NCBI RefSeq assembly: GCF_009914755.1
Contig: NC_060936.1
Direction: 5' to 3' (one strand)
Source: the human T2T-CHM13v2.0 reference genome, Homo sapiens
DNA length: 64,000 nucleotides
Made by a program: the position numbers and the translations under genes. This document shows, piece after piece, positions 51,610 through 64,000 of this stretch; position 1 is the first letter of the stretch; each line of letters begins with the position of its first letter. Below the pieces are notes generated by a model. The model did not search any database and was not told the origin of the DNA. It saw nothing but the letters and a program-made list of their open reading frames with translations.

Positions 51610-51845
51610 GTCAAGAAAATAACCTTTCAAGGAAAAATTTTCCATGCTGGGTAGTTTACCCTGATTTTACAGTAAGTAAAAATTTATTAATATTTTCTTT
51701 CAGAAAATGTGAGAAAGATTCAAATCTGAAGGGCAGTATTATAAAAAGGCTCCAAACAGAGGAAGCTTATTATATATAGAACCTGGGGAAAAAAACCTAC
51801 TCAGTATCCCCACGGATAAACTTGGCATAATAATTATAAAAAACT

Positions 51846-52170
<325 letters not shown>

Positions 52171-52419
52171 TCAAATTGTCTTACTTACTAAGCTTCTTTT
52201 TAAAAAATATTACTTAATGTGACTATGTTAAGTGACCAAAATATTTCTATGAGAGGACTTAACTCTTACATTTCAAGAAAGCAATTATGGAGAAAAATAT
52301 TTAATAAAATGAAATGCTTAGATAATAACAAAATATAGAAGTACTTACCCTATGACATCAACCAAATACTACCACCACCATCACATCATTATCCTACCCA
52401 CATTCCTTGAGCACATGTG

Positions 52420-52640
52420 TCCTAGAACGGTTATTAACACATTACATGTAGCAACTCATTTAATTTTCAGCATAACCCAGTAAAACAGGTGCTACTGCTT
52501 GTCTCAATTTACAGTGAAGAAACAGAGGCACATAAAGGATAAGTAACTGCCAGTGTTATCAGGTCAGTGGGGAGAGGGGTCTGGATTTGAATCAGGCAGT
52601 TGTTTCCACAGCCAAATCTCTGAACCACTCTGCTTAAGTC
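52420..52640. mobile_element. MIR
   Basis: MIR core-like CAATTTACAGTGAAGAAACAGAGGCACATAAAGGATAAGTAACT. Confidence 0.65.
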
Positions 52641-53833
52641 TGACAAAAAGGAAAGTGTCTTCTACTGGCCCAAATTACTTAGAGCACTGGAAGTTCTGTG
52701 TGGCTTCTGTGTAAACAACAGAAGGTTCTAAAGTGGAGAGGAACCACGAGGCAGTGCTGTTAGGAGGCTATACACCATCCTTGAATAAACATCTGTGTGT
52801 GTTGCCATAAGCTGTAGGTAAAACAGACATGGTCCCTGTCCTTGTGGAGTTTGTGGGAAAAATTTTCACCCACTGATTCATTCAAAGATTCCCTGAGCAC
52901 TTGTCAGTACCTGGCACTGGGCACTGCTGTGGGTAGTAGGAATATAGCTGTGAATGAGACTGGCAAGATCCCTGCCCTTATGAGGCTTTTGTTCTAGGGA
53001 GAAGGGAGGGCACACAAAAAACATAATTTTAGAAAGTGATAGGAAAAAGGGTTGTTAACAAAACAGGTGCCAATTTGTTACCAGAAGCTCCATAGAGGAA
53101 ACAGGATTTTAAAGAAACTTGCAAATGAGGAAAAGTGTTATCTTGGTCAGCTAAAAGTGCCTCCTGAGCAGGAGGGCCCATAGCTGGGAGAAATTTCCCA
53201 GAGCAAAATAAATGAAGGGATGTGAACCTCGAATGAGTTAAAGTACAGGCAGTGGCTGGGAAGAACCTGGTGCCAGAAGGAGGCGAGGTTTCTACCATCA
53301 ACTTAACAGAAACTAAAGGGGACTGAGGTTAAGGCCTTCCCCCTGCTCTGGTCACTGCATTATAATCCTGCATATGCTCTCTGTATGTGTTTTTTTGCAT
53401 TTGAGGTGGCTGAAAGTGAGAATGATGATTTCTATTTCCTCCTCCTCCCTTTTATTTTTAATTAGATACGTCAAAAATAGGTTAGCACCAATAAAACAGG
53501 CTTCTCTTTGCCTTGACTTTGATTAGGAAAGGTTAGTCCTTTATCGTCAGGGCTCAAATAACATCTAACTAGACTTTTAAGAATTTAAAGAGGATATAAA
53601 ATTTCTACTAAGACATTAATAGATTTCTGACTCTCTTAATTTAGTACCACCCAACTGCCTTTAAAAACGTCTACAAAGTGTGTCACCAAGATGAATATTA
53701 CATTAGTCAATAGTGACTACTGGATCAGCAAACATGGACATTCGAGAGTTTAAGAGGCATATGAGAAGTTAGCTGAACTACTACTGAATTCCTTAAACTT
53801 TACTGGTATTCACTCAAAAGAATGAGGGAATTC

Positions 53834-54129
53834 TTTTTTTTTTTTTTTTTTTTTTTTGAGACAGGGTCACCCAGGCTGGAAAGCAGTGGTGCAATCTCGG
53901 CTTATTTCAGCCTCGACCTCCAGGGCTCAGGTGATCATCCCACCTTAGCCTCCCAAATAACTGGGATTACAGGCTTGTGCCACCTTGCACGGCGAAGTTT
54001 TGTAATTTTTGTAGAGACAGGGTTTCGCCATGTTGCCCAGGCTGGTCTTGAACCCCTGGGCTCAAGCAATCCTCCTGCCTTCACCTCCCAAAGTGCTAGA
54101 ATTACAGGCGTGATCCACTGTGCCCAGCC
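53834..54129 (-). mobile_element. AluJ
   Basis: TSD agaatgagg(g/a)aattctt. Confidence 0.9.
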
Positions 54130-54349
54130 CAGAATGAGGAAATTCTTGAACTTATTTCTAGTAAAACTGATTCACATGTCCTTGAAAATAGCCCAAATTA
54201 TATAACAGGAGTCTTTTTAACTTGGAATCTACAGAGTTCCTGTAATTGTATGTAAAAATTTTATGTCTATATTCATAGTCATAGTTACTTGTTCATTACA
54301 GAACCAAAAACGTCCATGAACCATGAAAAGTCTTAAAGTGCTTTCATAA

Positions 54350-54620
54350 GGCCACGTGTGGTGGCTCATGCCTGTAATCCCAGCACTCTGGGAGGCTGAG
54401 GCAGGCAGATCATTGAGGCCATCAGTTTGAGACAAGCCTAGGCAATATGGTGAATCCCCATCTCTGCTAAAAATGCAAAAATTAGCTGGGCCTGGTGGTG
54501 CATGCCTGTAATCCCAGCTACTTGGGAGGCTAAGGCAAGAGAATCAGGGAGGCGGAGGCTGCAGTGAGCCAAGATCGCACCACTGCACTCCAGCCTGGGT
54601 GACAAAGTGAGACTGTCTCA
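54350..54620 (+). mobile_element. AluS
   Basis: Dimer whose tail is a tetranucleotide repeat. Confidence 0.9.

Positions 54621-54622
<2 letters not shown>

Positions 54623-54686
<64 letters not shown>
54623..54686 (+). repeat. Compound STR [AGAT]12[AGAC]4
   Basis: Counted directly. Confidence 0.93.
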
Positions 54687-54687
<1 letters not shown>

Positions 54688-55836
54688 CTTTTATAAAAAA
54701 TTCAAATTTTCCTTTGGCTATTTCTTATCTTCAGAATACATTTTCTATAAAAACACATTCCCAGCACTCAGGGCTCTGGGACCAAACAGGGCAGGCACTA
54801 TTTCATGTCCCGTAAGACACAAATCATTAGTAAGAGGAACTCTGAAGCCAACAGCTCTTCAGTAGTAGGAGGAAGCAGTAAAAAGTAGTGGAAATAAGAC
54901 TGCTCAGTAAATACTAAGTCCTGAATTCTAGGGCCAGTTCTGCAACTGTCCAGCTATGTAATCTTGTAAACTCACAACCGTAATGGCCACCATTTCCTAT
55001 TTGTATAATGAAGGAGTCTGGATTGAATCAGCCCTAAAATTTTCACAGACTCTAAAAATTTGGCAGTCTCAGAGTTTGCGCTGATAGAATTTGATGTTTA
55101 CAGATTGAAGGTGAAGTTCAAGTCAATAAGCAAAACATTTATTTTTTTTAAGTGTTGGTCAGCATTAGAAGAGAAACCATCTGTTGACTACAGTAGCAGG
55201 ATTCATTTCTGCAACTGCTGAGAGACAAAAAGCAGATGAAAAATATGTAAAAAGATGAAGCATGCCATGAAAATTACTTGTTCGGGAATTTACCATCTAT
55301 GTGCCCAGACTTCCTTCCTGGAATCTCCACCCATGAGTACAACTGCTTGCTGGGCATCCCCTTTTGGATATCCTGCAGGAACCTCCAGCTCTGAACTTGC
55401 CCAAATGAATTCACCCTCTTCCTCTTGAAGAGGAAGGTTCTCTTCTTCTCCTCTTTATTCAGTGTTTTCTTTCTTAGTAAATGGTTTCTCAAGCCAGAAA
55501 CTCGGGGGTCTGGCTTGATTCTTCTTTCTCTTCTACTTCCCCACATTCCAATCCATTATTGGGTCCTGCCTCCTTAAACCACAATTGACCCTGTTGTCTT
55601 CCACTCTCCACAAGCAACAAAATTGATCTTTAAATCTTAAATCAAACTGGGTCATCTTTCTGCTTAAAACCTTCGGTGGTTTCACGTTTCCTTTGGGGAG
55701 AAGTGTGACATGCTCATAGCTCTCTAGGACCTATCCTCCTGCGTCTTCATCTTCATCACCCTCCTCTTCTTTACCTTCTCTTAGGTCCCTTGCTCTTGCT
55801 CAGATGCTTCCCTGTGCCTCAAACACTGCCCCCTAG

Positions 55837-56312
<476 letters not shown>

Positions 56313-58038
56313 CCCACATCCACATTTATACCTCAGTGCTCCACGCTGGCTTCCCTAATAGAATATAAGCAAGAAGAGGCAACTCACATCTGTCTCACTC
56401 AATGCTCTATCCCCAGACACAGTGCCTGGCACTGAGTAGGTCCTTAGTAAATGTTTAGGAAATTAAAAAAAAAAGTTTTAAGGGAATTTAAACTAACTTA
56501 ATATTATATATAGCCAATGTAAGCTGAGAAAAATCTTTGCAATTCGTTGCACAACAATGTGAATATACCTAATGCCACAGAACTGTATACATAAAAATGG
56601 TTAAAATGGTAAATTTTGTTATATATATTTTACCACAATTTCACAAAATCTTTTCAATTCAGATGGTCAAAAGATCACTTTGTAATCCTATCAACAACTG
56701 AAAATTATAGGCAGATATTTACTCCCAAAAAATCAATGCTGGAAAAGCAACAGACTCGGAAAAGTTCTCTACTACATTAACTTCTACTTATTTTTTATTA
56801 AGAACACTATAAAGAAATGTAAGTTATCCCACAATACGTGCATTGTTTTTAAAAACAAAGGGCTATACTAATTTTAACTTTTAGAAAAATTCTTTTGTAA
56901 GTAAAAAGATATTTCTCACCTACATACATGTATTTCAAATGATGTTTTCTTCATCATATGTTTAAAAGTTGAGAAATACAGAAAATTTTAAAAGTCCAGA
57001 TCTTGTCACTCAAACACAATTACACTTAATATCTTGTGTATAATAGATACCTCATCTTTTGTTCATGCATAGGTCTTTTATAATATAACCACTGCATTCC
57101 ATTTCCCCATGTAAACATATTTTCATGCCATAACTTGCATATAGACTCCCTTTTTACTGGTTACATCATAATCTAACTATATTTAACTAGGTTTTTTATT
57201 TGAAATAAAAATTGGAAAAATCGGTTATTTCTAATTTCTCATCATTTCAAATTATACTGAAAGCACCACCTTTGAATACAAAGCTTTTTCATGTGATGGC
57301 AAAAAAGTATTTATTTTGGACACATTTTTGGTTGTAGAATCACTGCAACAAAGATGCCTGACATATTTTGCAAATAGACTTATAAAAAGACTATACTATT
57401 TACATTTTAAAAGCATGAATGTATTTCCAAATATATGGTATACCTTATTTATTTACATTAACCTTTGTTAAATTAGATTATAACAAAGGTTAGTCTAGAG
57501 AAACTACCTATTCACCTCCTCTTACACTAATGGGCACCATCTCTGTGCGACACTGAATAAGCTTGGGCTCCAAGAACAAACTCATAGAAAGTACTGGGCA
57601 CCGAGATAGACACAGAATTTTAATTACTTAAGTCCATGGCATACATTTAAAATTCAAATACTAAAGGCAGAAACAATTGCTCTACTGATCCTCTACATTC
57701 ATTTAAGTACACTATCCATGCACTGGGAGGAAAAGCAGTACCATTTGGATTATTTTAAATATCTAGTTGTTTAATTCATCTAAATTTTTTTGGTAAAATA
57801 TTCAACTTTATATTTTTCCAAATATAAATCTAGTTATCTTAACTACATATTAAATAGACCATATATTTCCCCACTGATTGGAAATGCCACATTTATTGTA
57901 AGTTCTCATATACACATGTATCTGCTTCTGGGCTTTATATGACCTCTTTTCTTAATCCTGTACCATTATCACCATATTTTAATTACTATGGTTTTATATT
58001 ATGTTTTGAAAACTGGTTGGACAAGTTTCTTCTTTCGT

Positions 58039-58285
58039 TTTTTTTTTTTGAGACAAGGTCTCACTCCATTAGTCAGGCTGAAGTGCAGTGGCTCCGTCTC
58101 AACTTACCGCAGCATAGGCCTCCCAGGCTCAGGTGATCCTCCCACCTTAACCTCCAAAGTAGCTGGGACTACAGGTGCATGCCACCATGCCCAGATAATT
58201 TTTGTATTTTTTGTAGAGATGGGGTTTTGCCAGGCTGCCCAGGCTGGTCTCAAACTCCTGGACTCAAGCAATCCACTCACTTCTT
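58039..58285 (-). mobile_element. AluJ, 5'-truncated
   Basis: Diverged dimer lacking the 5' part of the left arm. Confidence 0.85.
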
Positions 58286-58320
58286 GCAAGAGACTGATAA
58301 GTTATAAAGCTAATTTATAA

Positions 58321-59118
<798 letters not shown>

Positions 59119-60690
59119 TGAATTTTAAAATTAACTTGTCAGGTTCCACTAACTCCTTGGACAGAATTTCCAGTTCTGGCCATGGGGTAGTAAAGGTTAT
59201 CAGACTTACTTCCCTACCATAAACAACCATACAACTGCCAAATATATGAAGCAACTGTTTTTAGGAACTAGGCAAGAGACAGCATAGGGTTACAAATCTT
59301 GACAGATGGGAAACACATGAGATAAGCACAAAATCTGTCCCAGATTTCTACATAGGAGCACTTTCTAAATCTTAGTACATGGAAGTAGAGCCCAAGGAGA
59401 TAACAGCAGTCTCACTGGGCACAGGAAACAGAAATCAGAACTCAGGGCTGCTAATGGGCTGAAATTTTGAAGACAGGGTACAAGAGAAGATTTACGAAAA
59501 GCAGAATCCCCAAAAATTCTGCATTGGAAAAAAAATTTACAAGGAACCCCCTTGTATATAATACAATTCCCTTTGTATTGTCAAATACAAAGCTGCCCGT
59601 GCAAAGGCAACAAGGCTTGGCAGAGAACAACTACTGGGAGGCTGTGAACAGAGCAAAGATTACAGAGGTTACACAGAACTGAGAGATGCTCAAGCTCTGA
59701 CCAGCCTTTTCTGAATACTCCAGGTATTCATTTGAAATTCTAGAAGGGCCAGTGGCACTACAGCCCATGAGTAAAGACTACACTAGATCCACCCTACACA
59801 GGCTAAATCCAAGCCTCAACAGAATCTCTTTATCTCTTTGGGCAAGCAGAAAGTTAATTTCATACCAGAACAAAACTTAACACTCTTTAGACAACGACAG
59901 CATAATCTAAACTCAAAAATTTAGCCATGTTTGGACATACAATTAAAAAATCACAGGACATATGAAGCAGCAGAAAAATTTGACCCAGATATGGCATAGA
60001 TGTTGGAATTAGAGCTGTAAAACAATTATTATAAATATGTTCAAGGATTTAAAGGAAAAGACGGGCATCATGGGCAAACCAATGGAGAATCTCACCAGAG
60101 AAATGGATACAGTTAATTGGATCCTACAGCAGAACAGACCAGTGAACTTGAGGATAAGGCAATAGAAATTATACAAACTAAGCACAGGGAGAAAAAATGG
60201 AAAAATATGAACAAAGCCTCAAAAAACTGTGGGACAATATCAAGTGGTCAAACATACACGAATCTGGAGCTTCAGAAAGAGATGAGAAAGAAATTAGGGA
60301 AGAAAAATATATGAAGAAAGAACAACAATTTTTACAAATATGATGAAAAAATATCAATCCATAGATCCAAACAGTTCAGTGAACCATAAGAAAAATAGAT
60401 AAAACCATACCTAGGCCCATTATGGTCAAATTGCTGAAAATAAAAGATCTGAGAGCAGCAGAGAAAAAAGATACATTATATATAGGGGAATTACATTAAA
60501 ATGATTGCTGGCTTAACATTAAAAAATGCAAACTAAAAGACAATAGAATGACATCTTAGTCCATTCAGGCTGCTATAACAAAATACTGCACACTGGGTAG
60601 CATATAAACAACAGAAATTTATTTCTCACAGTTCTAAAGGCTAAGTTCAACATCAGAGCACCAGCAGATTTGGTGTCTAAGGAGGGCCTG

Positions 60691-61336
60691 TGATACAATT
60701 TGGCTGTGTACCCACCCAAATCTCATCTTGAATTATAGTTCCCATAATCCTCACTTGTCATGGGAGGGACCTGGTGGGAGGTAATTGAATCATGGGGGTG
60801 GTTACCCTAACGCTATTCTTTTTTTTTTTTTTTTGAGATGGAGTTTCGCTCTTGTTGCCCAGGCTGGAGTGCAACGGCTCACCTCAACCTCCACCTCCCA
60901 GGTTCAAGCAATTCTCCTGCCTCAGCCTCCCATAGCTGGGATTACAGGCATGCTCCACCACGCCCAGCTAATTTTTTTTTGTAATTTTAGTAGAGACGGG
61001 ATTTCTCCATGTTGGTCAGGCTGGTCTCAGGTGATCCACCCACCTTGGCCTCCCAAAGTGCTGGGATTACAGGTGTGAGCTACCATGTCCGACATGCTAT
61101 TCTTTTTATAATGAGTGAGTTCTCACGATATTCGATAGTTTTATAAGGGGCTTTTCCCCCTTTTGCTCAGCACTTCTCCTTGCTGCCACCATGTATTTGC
61201 TTCCCCTTCCACCACAATTTGTAAGTTTCCTGAGGCCTCCCAGCTCTGCGGAACTGTGAGTCAATTAAACCTCTCCTTTATAAATTACCCAGTCTCAGGT
61301 ATGTCTTTATTAGTAGTGTGAGAACAAACTAATACA
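60691..61336. mobile_element. THE1C/D-like solo LTR inside MLT1A
   Basis: TG...CA termini, CCCACCCAAATCTCATCTTGAATT; perfect TSD GCCTG. Confidence 0.88.
60819..61093 (-). mobile_element. AluSp-like with internal deletions, inside THE1
   Basis: gagtttcgctcttgttgccc diagnostic; TSD gctattcttttt. Confidence 0.88.
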
Positions 61337-62409
61337 GCCTGTTTCCTGGCTCATAAATGACACCTTCTTGCTGTGTCCTCACATGGTGAGAGGCAAGGGT
61401 CTCTCTGGGGCTTCTTTTATAAGGGCATAAATCCCATTCATGAAGGGTGTGCTTCATGAGCTAATCACCTCCCCAAGGCCCCATCTTTTAATACCCTCAC
61501 CTTTGGGGTATGGATTTCAACACATGAATTTTTTGGGAGACACAAACTCAGACCATAGTAAATGACATCATTAAAGCACTAAAAGAAAAAATTATCTGCC
61601 AAACTAGAATTCTACATCTCAGCAAAAATATCCTTTACAAAGGATAAACAAGAAGTTGAGAGAAGTCATCCATCACCAGGAGACCTTCACTACAAGAAAT
61701 GGTAAGTGCAGTGTTTTAGGCAGAAAAGAAATGATATCAGATGGAAACTTGGATCTACACAAATGAATAAAGAATGCTGGAAGTAGCAAATATGGGGGTA
61801 AATATAAAAGACTTTTTTGTTTCTTATTTTCTTTAAAGAAAATTGGCTGCTTAACATATTGTGAGCTTACGCCATATGCAGGTGTAAATGGTCAAGAAGT
61901 AAATGGAGATATAGTTCTATAAGTTCTAACATTATACATAAAACAGCATAAAATTAATTCAGGAGTAGACTGTGACAAGTTAAGGATACATATTGTAATC
62001 TCTAGAGGTTACCACAAAACAAAAAAGACAAAGAGTAAAGCTAAGAATAAAATAGATGAGTAGAATACTAAGAAATAGTTGATTAATCCAAAAGGAGAGA
62101 GGATAAAGAAATAAACATGTGGGACAAATGGGATAAAGAGAAAACAGTAAGATGGTAGACTTAAATCCAATCACAGGACTGATTACATAAATTTAAACAG
62201 ACTAAGAACTCCACTTAAAAAGCAGAGATTTTCAGACCCAACTACTTTGAAATAAAAGGACCTTCTTTTTAAGTTTACTACACAACATACATTTAATAGA
62301 TGATAGTAGCTATCTATATTAGCAACCCCCAAAACTATGTGCAAATATGTGAAATGACTTTTGAATATCAGCTGACAGTGGCTCCAGTATAATCCCTAGG
62401 GGGAGGACT

Positions 62410-62610
62410 GGCATGTGAGGATAGTTAATAGCTGACATTAATTGGCACTTTACATTCATTAACTCATTTAATCTTCACAGTGACCTTATAAGGAAGGCAC
62501 TTCCATTGTACTCATTTTATATGAGAGCAGACTAATGCCCAGAGAATGTGATGTGCCCAAGTAACATGCTAGTGAGCCCAGGCTCTTAACTACTCTGTGC
62601 TGCCTCTCTG
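62410..62610. mobile_element. MIR
   Basis: AACTCATTTAATCTTCACAGTGACC..CATTTTATATGAG. Confidence 0.6.
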
Positions 62611-64000
62611 CTGAAACTAATCACTGTACTGCATCACCTGAAAGATACTACGTCAACAGAGAGGAGGTGTGCAACAACTGCAACAAGCAAAGAGCAAGAG
62701 CTGGTCAGCAGCCTCCATCCTGGCTCAGGGGAAGGGTGACTGACCAGCAGTACTGATCACTGGCAGGTGCGTGGATGGGGAGATGGGCCCACCTCACTAT
62801 CCTAACCTGAGAAAACTATCTAACAAGATTTTTTCTACAAACAACTCTTGCTTTAGTCCCAGGGCTCACTGAAAAGCCTTCTGATTATATCCTGACTTGG
62901 CAAAAGAAGAAGGCCCTGACTAAGGCATGCAAATGTTCCAGGCTCTCTGGCAGTTAGCATTGTCATTAAAAATAAGTAAACTGGCATCTGACTTATGTTT
63001 CAGACTCTCCTAAAGTTATTAAACATGACTCAAGCTCCCCAGAGCTTTCTCACCTTCAGGTATAGAGTGAAAATAGGACTTCTAGTCCTGCACATCTTTG
63101 AGAGTCCTGGATTAGAATGATTTCATCAAGGTTAAGTTCTCATGGGAAGATGCACAAAACACTCTGGGAGGCTGGGCCTTGGTGGTCAATCAGGCCCTCC
63201 AGACATTGGTCTAAACTCTCTTGTTCTAACTGCAATAAGGTAAGCCAAGAAGATATATTATAATACATGCATGAGAAAGAATCTGTAAGCATGTTGTAGT
63301 GTACATAAATAAAAAGTTGCCAAGAAGATGAAATCCTTATTCATTAAATTTAACCAACTTATTCATCAAAGAACATTCCTTGAGGACGGCCTCTGCAGAG
63401 TTTCACATTAATCGTTCACTCCAAACAGTAAGAAAACTGATTTTTTTAAAAAAATCCCTCAGAACCTTAAGGTACCGGTAAGATAAAGACAGTCCATGAA
63501 GGCCAGGTGTGCCAAGTCAGCAACTGGCCAATTGAACAAGAGTCAACCAAAATGGACAAAGAAAGCAGTGAAGCCACATAAACATCTCCATGTAAAACAT
63601 GCATGCACCAGTACTCCTGGATTTGCTAGAAAAGATTCACAAAAATAACTCTTCTCTGAAGAAATCCATGAAAATTACCTTTGCTTTAGAGATAAACCTA
63701 AGCCTACTCACCAACCTTTCACTGATTGATTCAACCATATTTTTGCACAACCCCTGACCCTTTCCCACCCTGTAGCTGATACTCTACAGTGCTTCTCAGA
63801 TCATATCTGACCTATCTTGAACACTCTCCTGACACCGACCTTACTAACTTCCACAATATAGTCAAGTCTTGGCTCAAACGTCACCTTGGTAAATATGCCT
63901 TCCCTGACCTCGATATGTAAAAGACCACCTCCCAAACCCACCACTCTTCATCTTGTTACCCCCTACATCATTTTTCTCCAGAGTACTTATCACTAATATA

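Larger units (their letters stand above)
60552..61560. mobile_element. MLT1A-like solo LTR
   Basis: TCTTAGTCCATTCAGGCTGCTATAACAAAATAC...AGACCATAG; 5-bp TSD AATGA. Confidence 0.82.
59160..62240 (+). mobile_element. Old L1M 5'/ORF1 region hosting nested LTRs
   Basis: ORF 60117..60314 (SELEDKAIEIIQ) resembles L1 ORF1p. Boundaries approximate. Confidence 0.7.

Overview
This is primate, almost certainly human, genomic DNA lying wholly inside the minus-strand gene POC1B (WDR51B, a centriolar WD40 protein and cone-rod dystrophy gene; 12q21.33 from memory). Seven coding exons are recoverable with canonical AG/GT boundaries and consistent phases. They correspond to exons 5-11 by the usual numbering: 108, 116, 134, 69, 153, 81 and 219 nt. 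The rest is intron containing about 28 Alus, a full-length inactivated L1PA5/6-like element antisense to the gene, a short L1PA3/4-like insertion, MaLR LTRs, MER5/MER30/MADE2 DNA-transposon relics, old L1/L2/MIR fragments and microsatellites. I found no RNA genes, CRISPR arrays or second protein-coding gene; most of the ORF track is repeat-derived noise. The best leads are: (i) two candidate microexons in intron 9, one in-frame (18 nt) and one of 22 nt whose frame depends on an A9 run and which is followed by a UAG cluster; (ii) latent or poison exons; (iii) an L1 carrying an Alu fragment inside its target-site duplication (TSD), with its antisense promoter and ORF0 pointing at POC1B exon 11; (iv) an Alu-bracketed exon block suited to circRNA formation; (v) a motif-dense candidate enhancer and a CTCF site; (vi) a fold-back templated-insertion repair scar and a four-layer transposon nest. 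These are hypotheses from sequence alone. I cannot show that any is undescribed, and I see no clear evidence of a wholly new biological system.
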